Source: Clostridia bacterium (lineage in GTDB: Bacteria > Bacillota > Clostridia > Oscillospirales > CAG-272). Taken from it: a stretch of DNA of 64,000 bases. The stretch covers positions 1,174 to 65,173 of the forward strand of contig JAFTSW010000008.1 of the NCBI GenBank assembly GCA_017467085.1, given 5' to 3'. Each line of letters opens with the position of its first letter. Position 1 is the stretch's first letter. This document shows, piece after piece, positions 17,857-26,732 of this stretch. The position numbers and the translations under genes are program-made. Below the pieces are notes generated by a model. That model searched no databases, was not told the DNA's origin, and saw only the letters and a program-made list of their open reading frames with translations.

Positions 17857-18888
17857 TTAGCGCAAATCGGCAAGGTCTAAAATCAACCGTTCGGTTTTTT
17901 CCCAGCCAAGACAGGGGTCGGTGATGGATTTTCCGTAGATGCATTCGTCGGCCTTCTGGGCGCCGTCCTCTAAGTAGGACTCAATCATCAAGCCCTTTAC
18001 CAAGCGCTTGATATCGTCCGAATGACGGGTCGAGTGGAGAATTTCCTTGGCAATTCTCGGCTGCTCTGCCCATTTCTTTCCCGAGTTGGAGTGATTGGTG
18101 TCCACGATAACCGCAGGGTTGGCAAGCCCACTCTTGGCATACAGCTCAGAAAGGCGTTGCATATCCTCGTAGTGGTAGTTGGCGTAGGTATTGCCCAATC
18201 TGTCCACGTAGCCGCGCAGAATGGCGTGTGCTAGGGGATTGCCCTTGCTCTCCACCTCCCAGCCGGAGTATACGAAGGTGTGGGCGTGCTGGGCGGCGGT
18301 GATGGAGTTCATCATAACCGACAGGTCGCCGCTGGTGGGGTTCTTCATACCGACAGGCATCTGCAGACCGCTGGCAGTCAGACGGTGCAGCTGGTTTTCT
18401 ACCGAGCGGGCGCCTACGGCAACGTAGGAAAGCACGTCACCCAGATACTTGTGGTTTTCAGGGTAGAGCATTTCGTCAGCGCAGGAGAAGCCCGTTCTCG
18501 TCATCGCCTTTACGTGAAGCTTACGGATGGAAATTACGCCCTTCAGCATATTGGGAGAGCTGTTGGGGTCGGGCTGGTGGAACATACCCTTGTAGCCGTC
18601 GCCCGTGGTACGGGGCTTGTTGGTGTAAATGCGGGGGATAATGAGAATCTTATCCTCCACCTTGTCCTGTACCTCGCGCAGACGGTAAATGTATTCCAGA
18701 ACAGAGTCCTCTCTGTCAGCGGAGCAGGGGCCGATAACCAGAATCAGCTTGTCGCTTTTTCCCGTGAAAACATCCTCAATCTCCTTGTCCCTTGCCGCCT
18801 TCTGCTTTTTCATCTCCTCGGTGATGGGGTACATCGCCATAATCTCCTCCACGGAGGGAAGCTGGCGCTTGAAGCTCATGTTTAACAT
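17857..18888 (-). CDS. aroG: 3-deoxy-7-phosphoheptulonate (DAHP) synthase, type I-alpha; isozyme not assignable
   Basis: Motifs LVIGPCS, KPRTT, GARSVENQLHR, ILRG, HSNS and YGKSITDPCLGW align with AroF/G/H. Start MLNM lies behind AAAGGA. Confidence 0.9.
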   Translation of the reverse strand: MLNMSFKRQLPSVEEIMAMYPITEEMKKQKAARDKEIEDVFTGKSDKLILVIGPCSADREDSVLEYIYRLREVQDKVEDKILIIPRIYTNKPRTTGDGYKGMFHQPDPNSSPNMLKGVISIRKLHVKAMTRTGFSCADEMLYPENHKYLGDVLSYVAVGARSVENQLHRLTASGLQMPVGMKNPTSGDLSVMMNSITAAQHAHTFVYSGWEVESKGNPLAHAILRGYVDRLGNTYANYHYEDMQRLSELYAKSGLANPAVIVDTNHSNSGKKWAEQPRIAKEILHSTRHSDDIKRLVKGLMIESYLEDGAQKADECIYGKSITDPCLGWEKTERLILDLADLR

Positions 18889-18922
18889 ATCTTTATCATC
18901 CTTTCGGTTGCTTTTTATCGTT

Positions 18923-19780
18923 TTATTTTTTGTCAAAGAAAATGCGGCGCTGCGTCGAAAGCCGCATCATTTCCCGTAGGGACTCTCTGTCCCCTTCGGC
19001 AACGGCGTTCCGCATTTTCGTGAACTGCGCGGCGAATAAATCCATCTGTGTCAGAAGCTCCTTTTGGTTCAAAAGGAAAAGCTCGCTCCACATCTCATCG
19101 TTGATTTTGGCGATACGGGTCAAATCACGGAAGGAGTCCCCCGTATATCGTGCCAGATGCTCGGCATCCTTGCAGTCCATCAGCGACACGGCAATGCAGT
19201 GGGTCAGCTGGGAAAGAAAGCCAATCATCTCATCGTGCGCCTCGGGAGAGAGGGTAGAGATGGTGGAAAAGCCCAAAATCTCGCCCAGCGCCTTGCAGGT
19301 GGCAATGGCGGCGTCGGTGTTCTTCTCCGTAGGGGTTACGATGTAGTTGGCGTTTTGAAACATAGCGGTGTCGGCGTTTTCAATCCCCGAAACCTCGCGC
19401 CCTGCCATAGGATGGGCGCCGATATATTCCAAATCCTCGCGGAGCATCGCCTGCGCCCTTTGGACCACAGCTCCCTTCACACCGAGAACGTCGGTTAAAA
19501 GGGCACCCTTTTTAATATATGACTGGTTTTCCTCTATCCAGCGCAGAAAGACGGTGGGATAGAGAGCGAATATCAGTAGGTCATACCTGCCGATAAAATC
19601 GCCGTCAATCTCGGTGCGTCCGTCTTGTATATAGCCCTTGGCAAGAGCAAGGTCCACCGCCTCACGGCGAAGGTCAAGACCGCCAACCGTAAAGCCTTGC
19701 TCGGACAGTCCCTTGGCGTAGCTTCCGCCCAAAAGACCCAGTCCGATAATCAGAATTTTCGTATTTCGGTCAAGCATCAT
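18923..19780 (-). CDS. tyrA: prephenate dehydrogenase
   Basis: ILIIGLGLLGGSYAKGL Rossmann motif and HPMAG motif. Its start overlaps the aroA stop. Confidence 0.88.
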   Translation of the reverse strand: MMLDRNTKILIIGLGLLGGSYAKGLSEQGFTVGGLDLRREAVDLALAKGYIQDGRTEIDGDFIGRYDLLIFALYPTVFLRWIEENQSYIKKGALLTDVLGVKGAVVQRAQAMLREDLEYIGAHPMAGREVSGIENADTAMFQNANYIVTPTEKNTDAAIATCKALGEILGFSTISTLSPEAHDEMIGFLSQLTHCIAVSLMDCKDAEHLARYTGDSFRDLTRIAKINDEMWSELFLLNQKELLTQMDLFAAQFTKMRNAVAEGDRESLREMMRLSTQRRIFFDKK

Positions 19781-20972
19781 AGGATACCTCAATTTGTAAT
19801 TTCCGCAATACCGCAAAGAAATCGGGAAAGCTCTTTTTTACCGCCTCGGCACCAAAGATGCTACCGCCAAGCTCGGTTAAAAGCACCGCCATCGCCATTA
19901 CGATACGGTGGTCGTTATGCCCCTCAATGACCTCCTTGGGTGGGTGTAGAGAAGAGGGCAGAACGGTAAAGGTATTTTCCATTCCCTCGGTACGGGCACC
20001 TACCTTTTCAAGCTCCGTCCGCATTGCCTCCACACGGTCGCTCTCCTTAATTTTCAGCCTTGCCGTCCCCGTAAAGTGGGCGCCGTGTCCCCTTGCCGCC
20101 ATAGCGAAAAGCAGGGGCGCCAAATCGGGGCAGTCGGTCAGGTCAATTTCGGGGGAGGGCTCCTCTAAGCGGGCAAGAAGGGTGGGGAAGACCCTATCGC
20201 CCTGCTTGCTGTCGGGCAAAAGCCCCGATAGCGCAACCTCGCCGCCCAAGGCGTTCAAGGCAAGAAGAAAGGCGCCGTTGGACCAGTCACCCTCCACAAC
20301 GCTTTCACGGACAGCGTAGCGCTGTCCACCGGCAATGAAAAAGACGTTTGGCTCTCTTTCCTCAATCACGATACCGAAATCCTTCAGTACGGCAAGCGTA
20401 ATATCAATATAAGAGCGGCTCTCCACGGGAGAGGATACACAAAGCAGGCTGTCGCCCTCCAGTAGCGGTAGAGCGTATAAAAGCCCCGTAATAAATTGGC
20501 TGGAAACGTCCCCCCGAAGGTGGAATTCTCCTGCCGTGAGCTTGCCCTTAACGGTGAGCCTGTCCTCCCCGCGCTCCACCGTAATGCCCTTGGTGGCAAA
20601 CAGCTCCTCGTAAACCGAGATGCCGCGCGCAATCAGACGGGGGGTGCCGAGAAAGGTGGCGCATTCCGTCTGGGACAAGGCAATGGGAATAAAGAAGCGC
20701 AGGGTGCTGCCGCTTTCGTGGCAGGGGAAAATACTGTCCCTCTTGCCGCCTCTGCCCAGAAAGCGGACGGCGTCACCCTCCCTTTCGTATACCGCGCCAA
20801 GGCTCTCGGCGCAGGCAAGGGTGGCGCTCATATCCTCGCTTTGGGAAATACCCTTTACCCGTCCTCCTCCCTCCGCCAAGGCGGTGGCAAGCAGGTAGCG
20901 GTGGGCAAAGCTCTTGGAGGGGGGCGCCGCTACGGCGCCGCGCGCCCTGCTTGGCTGTATGGTTACCGTCAT
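19770..20972 (-). CDS. aroA: 3-phosphoshikimate 1-carboxyvinyltransferase (EPSP synthase)
   Basis: 400 aa, with EPSP synthase pattern across the full length (PPSKSFAHR, KESDR). Confidence 0.93.
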   Translation of the reverse strand: MTVTIQPSRARGAVAAPPSKSFAHRYLLATALAEGGGRVKGISQSEDMSATLACAESLGAVYEREGDAVRFLGRGGKRDSIFPCHESGSTLRFFIPIALSQTECATFLGTPRLIARGISVYEELFATKGITVERGEDRLTVKGKLTAGEFHLRGDVSSQFITGLLYALPLLEGDSLLCVSSPVESRSYIDITLAVLKDFGIVIEEREPNVFFIAGGQRYAVRESVVEGDWSNGAFLLALNALGGEVALSGLLPDSKQGDRVFPTLLARLEEPSPEIDLTDCPDLAPLLFAMAARGHGAHFTGTARLKIKESDRVEAMRTELEKVGARTEGMENTFTVLPSSLHPPKEVIEGHNDHRIVMAMAVLLTELGGSIFGAEAVKKSFPDFFAVLRKLQIEVSYDA

Positions 20973-21087
20973 AGTAATGGCTGTTCCTTTCCTTAGATTG
21001 CGTCGAACTCCAACCTCTTTCTCCGAAAAATTTTCTCTCGTTAAAATTCGCAGAACTCCCGAGCGAGCTCGTACTCTATTCCTGCAA

Positions 21088-21519
21088 TCAGGCGTTGTCT
21101 ATCAGAATATCCATTGCGTGTAAATAGCCCTGTAAGCCCTCGCCAATGACCGAGGCAGTGGCCACCAAGCCGATATAGCTGACCTGGCGGAAGGGCTCCC
21201 GCTCCTTAACGTTGGAGATATGCACCTCCACCGTGGGAATGCCCACCGCCTTGACCGCATCCGCAATGGCGATGCTGGTGTGGGTGTAGGCACCGGGATT
21301 GAAAACGATACCGTCTATCTTGTCAAAATACGCCTTTTGAATGGCGTCTACCAAATCCCCCTCGTGGTTGGATTGGTAAAAGGAAACCGCAACGCCCCGC
21401 TTCTCGGCGTGCAGGCGTATAAGCGCCAAAAGGTCCTCGTAGGTTTCCTTTCCGTATATAGCAGGCTCGCGGATGCCCAAAAAATTCAAGTTGGGTCCGT
21501 TCAGTATCAAAAGCTTCAT
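21088..21519 (-). CDS. aroQ: type II 3-dehydroquinate dehydratase
   Basis: Start MKLLILNGPNLNFLGIREPAIYG; FYQSNHEG and NPGAYTHTS motifs. Confidence 0.95.
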   Translation of the reverse strand: MKLLILNGPNLNFLGIREPAIYGKETYEDLLALIRLHAEKRGVAVSFYQSNHEGDLVDAIQKAYFDKIDGIVFNPGAYTHTSIAIADAVKAVGIPTVEVHISNVKEREPFRQVSYIGLVATASVIGEGLQGYLHAMDILIDNA

Positions 21520-21520
21520 A

Positions 21521-22753
21521 TCAAATCTCCTGTTTGATTTGTTCGGCAAGCGCCGCAATCTCCCCGTCGCCGTCAAGCGTCACGTCCGCCTCTCTTTTGT
21601 AGAGCGGAAGCCTGTACGCATAAAGGGCAGTCAGCCGTTCCTTGTCCGAGGAAAGGGGTCTGTCGGCGGTGGGCAAGAGCTTATCCAGGGAGCGATTTAG
21701 GAAGAAAAGCTTGCCGTTCTGCTTCAAGCGGCGCATATTTTCGTGGTTCAGAACCGCGCCGCCCCCCGTGGCAATCACAACCCCCGACTCGGCGGAAAGG
21801 TCGGCAATGACCCTTGCCTCCTCGATGCGGAAGGCAGGCTCGCCGTAGGTGTTGAGGTATTCGGGAATAGGCATACCCAGCCGCTCGGTCAAAACGGCGT
21901 CAGAGTCTAAAAAGCGCCGTCCCAAAAGCTGTGCCGTTGCTTTTCCCACCGTGCTTTTGCCCGAGGAGGGCATACCGATTAAAACGGCGTTTTCCTTCTC
22001 CGCCAACATAGCGGCGTAAATCTCGTCGATTTGGTCAAGCCGCGGTGGGGTGGAAAAGAAATGGGATGCGGCGTATACCGCCTGGGCAACCAGCATATAA
22101 AGACCGCCAACCGCGGGAATACCGCCTGCCTCTGCCTGTTGCACCAGAGCAGTACGCAGAGGATGGTAAATGGCGTCCGCCACCCCCGAAAGCTGTGGGA
22201 AGCGGGAAATATCAATGGGAAGCGCCTCGGGAGAGGGGAACATACCGACAGGGGTGGTGTTGACTATCACCTGGGCGTCCGTATGAAGGGAAAGCGCCTC
22301 CTCGTAGGTCAAAATCCCCTCCTGCTTCCTTCTGGAAACACGAAAGACCGCCTTCGCCCCCTCTGCCTTTGCCACAGCAAGGGCGGTTGCGGAGGTGCCG
22401 CCCGTGCCGAGAATCAAAACCTTCTTCCCCGAAAGGGAAATGCCCCCCACCGCAAGCAAACGGGACAGCCCGTAAAAATCGGTGTTGTAGCCGTAAAGGC
22501 GCCCTTCTCGGTTGACAACGGTGTTCACAGCGCCGATGGCGCGCGCCGCCTCGTCAATCTCGTCTAAATAGGGAATAACGTCCTTCTTGTAGGGAATGGT
22601 CACGTTGATGGCGCAAAAATCCCGCTCGGTCATAAATGCGTCAAGACCGTCCCTGGGGATTTCCCGAAGCTCGTAAGGGTAGTCCCCGATTTTGCGGTGA
22701 ATTTCGCAGGAATAGCTATGGGAGAGATGCTCTCCGATTAAGCCGTATTTCAT
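21521..22753 (-). CDS. aroE/aroK: fused shikimate dehydrogenase / shikimate kinase
   Basis: The N-terminal AroE part has YGLIG...NVTIPYK...GTGG. The C-terminal kinase part has the P-loop LIGMPSSGKSTVGK. ATGA overlap with the aroC stop. Confidence 0.9.
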   Translation of the reverse strand: MKYGLIGEHLSHSYSCEIHRKIGDYPYELREIPRDGLDAFMTERDFCAINVTIPYKKDVIPYLDEIDEAARAIGAVNTVVNREGRLYGYNTDFYGLSRLLAVGGISLSGKKVLILGTGGTSATALAVAKAEGAKAVFRVSRRKQEGILTYEEALSLHTDAQVIVNTTPVGMFPSPEALPIDISRFPQLSGVADAIYHPLRTALVQQAEAGGIPAVGGLYMLVAQAVYAASHFFSTPPRLDQIDEIYAAMLAEKENAVLIGMPSSGKSTVGKATAQLLGRRFLDSDAVLTERLGMPIPEYLNTYGEPAFRIEEARVIADLSAESGVVIATGGGAVLNHENMRRLKQNGKLFFLNRSLDKLLPTADRPLSSDKERLTALYAYRLPLYKREADVTLDGDGEIAALAEQIKQEI

Positions 22754-23850
22754 GACTTGGGAATTCCTTTCAAAAGCACGTCCGTGCCGTAGCGCGCGGT
22801 GAGCATATCGCAAAGCACGAAAGCCGTCACGCTGTCAATCACAGGGCAAATGCGGCGGATAATGGCAGGGTCGTGGCGCCCCTCTATGGAAAGCTCCACC
22901 TCCTGCATTTCTATAAAGTCTACCGTTCTCTGGGTCTTGGCAATAGAGGGGGTGGGCTTCACCGCACAGGAGAAGAGAAGAGGCATACCGTTTGTAATGC
23001 CGCCGTTGACGCCGCCGTTTTTGTTGGTTTCGGTGACAACGCATCCGTCCTTGATGCGGAAGGGGTCGTTGGCCTCGCTGCCGCGAAGGGAGGCAAAGCC
23101 GAAGCCCTCGCCAAAGGCAATGCCCTTGATGCCGCCAATGCTGAATAAGGCGTGAGAAAGCAGACTCTCCACGCTGTCAAACCAGGGCTCCCCAAGACCT
23201 GCGGGAAGACCGCAAACGGCGCTTTCCGTCCTGCCGCCAATGCTGTCGCAGTCGGCTCTTGCCGCTAAAATCTCCTTGGAAATCGCCTCGGCGGCGTGGG
23301 GGTCAAGGGTGGGGAAGGTGCTTTCCTCTAAGGCGTCAATGTCTGCCCGTATATCCCCGAAGGGACGGTCAAGGGCATCGCCGCAGGCGGCAATATGGGT
23401 GCCAAGGGTGATGCCCAAGCGCCCAAGGGCGGGTATCAGAATACCGCCAACGGCAACCAGGGCAGCCGTAATTCTTCCCGAAAAGTGACCGCCGCCCCGA
23501 TAGTCCTCGAAGCCGTGGTACTTGGCGTAGGCGGCGTAATCCGCGTGGGAGGGACGGGCATTGCCGTAGCGGTAGTCGCCGCTTTTGGTGTTTTCGTTGG
23601 GAATGAGAATACAAAGGGGTGAGCCCGTGGTTTTTCCGTTAAAGACACCGCTGACAATCTGGAAATTGTCCTTTTCTCTTCTGGGGGTGTCAAGGGCGGA
23701 TCTGGGACGCCTTTTGCTTAAAAGTCTTTCTATTTCCGCCTCGTCTACGGGAATGCCGGGGGCAATCCCGTCCAAAACGGCGCCAATATGGGAGCCGTGG
23801 CTTTCCCCGAACAGGGTCAGGGAAAGGGAGGTGCCAATCGTGTTTTTCAT
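22750..23850 (-). CDS. aroC: chorismate synthase
   Basis: GESHG near the N-terminus, RPSHADY and GGGHFSGR motifs. Confidence 0.95.
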   Translation of the reverse strand: MKNTIGTSLSLTLFGESHGSHIGAVLDGIAPGIPVDEAEIERLLSKRRPRSALDTPRREKDNFQIVSGVFNGKTTGSPLCILIPNENTKSGDYRYGNARPSHADYAAYAKYHGFEDYRGGGHFSGRITAALVAVGGILIPALGRLGITLGTHIAACGDALDRPFGDIRADIDALEESTFPTLDPHAAEAISKEILAARADCDSIGGRTESAVCGLPAGLGEPWFDSVESLLSHALFSIGGIKGIAFGEGFGFASLRGSEANDPFRIKDGCVVTETNKNGGVNGGITNGMPLLFSCAVKPTPSIAKTQRTVDFIEMQEVELSIEGRHDPAIIRRICPVIDSVTAFVLCDMLTARYGTDVLLKGIPKS

Positions 23851-23887
23851 CGTGTTCTCCGTTCTGCGCCCGCAAGTGCTTTGGGCG

Positions 23888-24874
23888 TTATTTTATAGAA
23901 AGCAGCGCCTCGGGGCTCACCGTCTTAAAGACGAAGGAGCCAAGCTCCTCCGCAAAAACGGCAATCACACCCGCCTTGTCCATTTTCTTGTCCCGTACCA
24001 GGTATGGCAACAGCGCCTCGGGTGAGGCGTCCGTCTTGACGGGAAGCGCATACTTTTCGAGAAGAGGGATAAGCCGTCTGAGAACCGCAGGGGATGCGGC
24101 GTAGGTCATACCGAGCGCCACGCATTCGCCGTGAAGCAGCGCGCCGTTTGCGTAGGCCTCAATGGCGTGTCCCACGGTGTGCCCGAAGTTCAGGGCGCGG
24201 CGCAGTCCCGCCTCCTTGAAGTCCTCCTCCACAACCGCCTTCTTGATGCGAAGGGATTGCTCGATAATGACGGGCAGGTCATCCTCTAAGCTCTCGCTTT
24301 TTTCGATGAGGGAGAAAAGGCTCTCGTCGAAGGTTGTCGCCATCTTAATAGCCTCGGCAAGCCCTGCGTGAAGCTGGCGCTTGTCCAAGGTTTTCAGGGT
24401 GTCGGGGTCAATCAGAACCCGACGGGGCTTGTAAAAGGCGCCTACAATGTTCTTGACCCCCTCAAAATCAATGGCGGTCTTGCCCCCGATAGAGGAATCC
24501 ACCTGGGAAAGCAGGGTGGTGGGAATGTTGTAAAAATCAATACCGCGCATATAGCAGGCGGCGGCAAAGCCGCTTAAATCGCCTACAACGCCGCCACCCA
24601 CCGCCACCACACAGTCGCGGCGCGTAAAGGCAGAAGCCACCATCTCGCGGAGTAAAAGGGCAAAGCTGTCTAAATTCTTGCTTGCCTCTCCTTGAGGCAG
24701 CACCACGGTGTGCGCCTCCCGACAGGCGGCGGCAACTGCTTCGGCATAAGCGGCAGGAACGCCGCTGTCCGTTACCACAAGCACGCGCCTGTCCAAATCC
24801 AGGTATTCACCCACCTTGGCAAGAGCGCCTTTTTCCAGAATGATATCGTATTCACCCGAAACGGATAAAATCAT
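23888..24874 (-). CDS. aroB: 3-dehydroquinate synthase
   Basis: GGGVVGDLSGFAAA and NFGHTVGHAIE motifs. Confidence 0.9.
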   Translation of the reverse strand: MILSVSGEYDIILEKGALAKVGEYLDLDRRVLVVTDSGVPAAYAEAVAAACREAHTVVLPQGEASKNLDSFALLLREMVASAFTRRDCVVAVGGGVVGDLSGFAAACYMRGIDFYNIPTTLLSQVDSSIGGKTAIDFEGVKNIVGAFYKPRRVLIDPDTLKTLDKRQLHAGLAEAIKMATTFDESLFSLIEKSESLEDDLPVIIEQSLRIKKAVVEEDFKEAGLRRALNFGHTVGHAIEAYANGALLHGECVALGMTYAASPAVLRRLIPLLEKYALPVKTDASPEALLPYLVRDKKMDKAGVIAVFAEELGSFVFKTVSPEALLSIK

Positions 24875-24892
24875 ATCCTGTTCCTACCTTCT

Positions 24893-25993
24893 TTATTTAA
24901 TGGTTTCTACGTAATAGCTGCCAACCAGCTTCAGCTTAGCGCAAATTGCCGACAGCTCGCAAAGCATATCCTCGCCGTTTTCGGTGTGGATGTTGCCCTC
25001 GGCCTCAATGTAGAAGTAGTAGCTCCATTCCAAATCCTTCATAGGACGGCTGCGCAGGTTACGCATATTGAAGCCGTGGGCACCCACGATGTTCAAGGCG
25101 TTAGCAAGGGAGCCTGCCTTGTTCTGTACGGTGAATACCAGAATGAAGTTCTCGCTTTCCTTTCTGTCGGTGGGGGCGGGGATGTTTCTCTCCTTGGAGA
25201 AGGAGGCAAAGCGCGTCACGTTGATTTTGCTGTCGTTGATGGCGCTCTCCAAAATCTGCAAGCCGAAAATAGAGGCGGTTTCCTCCGAGGCAATGGCGGC
25301 AATGGTGGGGTCGCCGGCGTTCTTCACGTATTCGGCAGCCAGCGCGGTGTTGGAGAAAACTTTGGTTTCTAAGCCGTGGGCGCGAATGTAGTCGGCGCAT
25401 TGGTCAAGCGCCTGGGGATGGCTCAATACCGTCTTGACGGTGTCCTTGGTGGCACCGGGGCAGGCAATCAGATGATGCACAATGGGCACGTCAATGACCT
25501 GGTTGATATGCAAATCTCCCGAGAAAATCAAATCCATTACCGTGCCAACCTCGCCTGCGTAGCTGTTCTCCAAGGGAAGAACGGCGCAGTCATAGGAGCC
25601 CTTTTCTACTGCCGCGTAGGCGTCCGCGAAATCGGCAAAGGCGGAAAGCTCAGCGGCAGGGAAGAGACGCTTGGCGGCAATGTGGGCGTAGGCACCCAGG
25701 GTTCCCGAATAGGTCACGCGCATACCCGTCATCAGCTTGTCCTGGTAGTCGCAGGAAATATCAATCACGTTCCGCAAAAAGCGGGCGTAGTAGGGCTCAA
25801 TGGCGGTAGAGGAAATATAGCTGCAATTCTTTTCAATCAGCGCCCTTTCTCTTGCCTCGTCCTTGACGGAAAGCCCGTTTGCCTTCTTGTGAGCGGCAAT
25901 CCTTTCAGCCGCCGCCATCCGTCTTTCAAACAGAAGCGCCATTTCCTTATCAATTTCGTTGATTTCTTTTCTTGCTTGCTCTAAATCGTTCAT
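24893..25993 (-). CDS. pheA: bifunctional chorismate mutase / prephenate dehydratase (P-protein type, with ACT domain)
   Basis: Start MNDLEQARKEINEIDKEMALLFERRM (chorismate mutase helix), a PDT core (ENSYAGEV, TRF) and a C-terminal ACT-like region. Confidence 0.9.
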   Translation of the reverse strand: MNDLEQARKEINEIDKEMALLFERRMAAAERIAAHKKANGLSVKDEARERALIEKNCSYISSTAIEPYYARFLRNVIDISCDYQDKLMTGMRVTYSGTLGAYAHIAAKRLFPAAELSAFADFADAYAAVEKGSYDCAVLPLENSYAGEVGTVMDLIFSGDLHINQVIDVPIVHHLIACPGATKDTVKTVLSHPQALDQCADYIRAHGLETKVFSNTALAAEYVKNAGDPTIAAIASEETASIFGLQILESAINDSKINVTRFASFSKERNIPAPTDRKESENFILVFTVQNKAGSLANALNIVGAHGFNMRNLRSRPMKDLEWSYYFYIEAEGNIHTENGEDMLCELSAICAKLKLVGSYYVETIK

Positions 25994-26040
25994 TTTTATA
26001 TGCTCCGTTTCTTGCCTGTGGCAAAACAAATAATAAACCA

Positions 26041-26075
26041 AAAAAGAAGGAGCCCTTCCGTTCGGGAAGAGCTCC
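26041..26075 (-). terminator. leader terminator T2 upstream of pheA
   Basis: The minus strand reads GGAGCTCTTCC-cgaac-GGAAGGGCTCC followed by TTCTTTTT, about 50 nt before the pheA start. Confidence 0.7.
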
Positions 26076-26090
26076 GCTTGCGGTCATACA

Positions 26091-26255
26091 TTACCGCATA
26101 AAAGCCTTACATCCTTCACGGAAAAAATGCTTGCAGGTAAAATAATAAAAAAAGCAGTACGCAAAAAATCGTACTGCAAAATAGCAAAAAGAGCCCTCGG
26201 CAGAGGACATAAGGGAGGTATGACAAGACGTGGGCGCGGCTGCACAACGCATCAT
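26091..26255 (-). CDS. candidate 54-codon leader peptide rich in Phe/Tyr
   Basis: AAGGAGG lies 8 nt upstream of ATGATG. Translation: MMRCAAAPTSCHTSLMSSAEGSFCYFAVRFFAYCFFYYFTCKHFFREGCKAFMR (10 Phe, 4 Tyr). It spans terminator T1 and stops 15 nt before T2. Confidence 0.4.
   Translation of the reverse strand: MMRCAAAPTSCHTSLMSSAEGSFCYFAVRFFAYCFFYYFTCKHFFREGCKAFMR
26147..26177 (-). terminator. leader terminator T1 inside the candidate leader ORF
   Basis: The minus strand reads GCAGTACG-attttttg-CGTACTGC followed by T7. Confidence 0.65.
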
Positions 26256-26283
26256 TTTTCATTCCTCCTTGATTTTTTGAATT

Positions 26284-26312
26284 ATTATACACCCTGAAAG
26301 AGGGTTTGTCAA
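26284..26312 (-). promoter_or_regulatory. sigma-A promoter of the aromatic supraoperon
   Basis: The minus strand reads TTGACA, 17 nt spacer, TATAAT. Confidence 0.65.
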
Positions 26313-26405
26313 GGGCTATTTGGCAATTATTTGCTGAAAAACAGCCTGTTTTTACATTTTTTTTCGCAGGGACGCAAAAAAATACAAAAAAATTCAAAAA
26401 ACCTC

Positions 26406-26434
26406 TTGACAAACCGCCGCGAGTGTGCTAAAAT
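26406..26434 (+). promoter_or_regulatory. sigma-A promoter of T-box leader 1
   Basis: TTGACA, 17 nt spacer, TGcTAAAAT. Confidence 0.65.
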
Positions 26435-26439
26435 CGTAC

Positions 26440-26698
26440 CAAATTTGAAAAGGCAATGACGAAGACGGGCTTCTTGGATAGCGGCAAAGAGAAACGGCGG
26501 TTGGTGCGAGCCGTAGCGCAGAGAGAAAGACCCTATCACTTCCGAGCCGGGAGCCTGAACGCAGTAGGGCTTCACGAGAGGCACAGCGTGAGTGTGCAGA
26601 GGTTGCTTGACCTCGTAAAGTGGCGTCTTATGGCGCAATTTGAGTGGTACCGCGAGTGTTTTCACCCGCCTCAAAGAATTTTCTTTGGGGCGGTTTTT
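26440..26698 (+). promoter_or_regulatory. T-box leader 1 (candidate specifier AUC, Ile)
   Basis: Stem I has an ATGA/GA kink-turn, an AGAGA bulge and the distal loop GTTGGTGCGAGCC. The T-box sequence AATTTGAGTGGTACCGCG lies at 26637..26654. The terminator is ccgcctcaaag/ctttggggcgg plus T5. ATC-A sits directly 5' of the lower-stem strand CTTC (26535..26538). Confidence 0.85.
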
Positions 26699-26732
26699 AT
26701 TTTATAAAAAATTTTTAAGGAGGATGTTCGTT

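Noticed and set aside
26116-26412. 98-aa ORF in the ORF track covering the pheA leader region.
   Set aside because: It starts upstream of the predicted promoter. Its in-frame ATG at 26262 is only 1 nt from the RBS. The +1 frame starting at 26255 has proper RBS spacing and is the candidate leader peptide.
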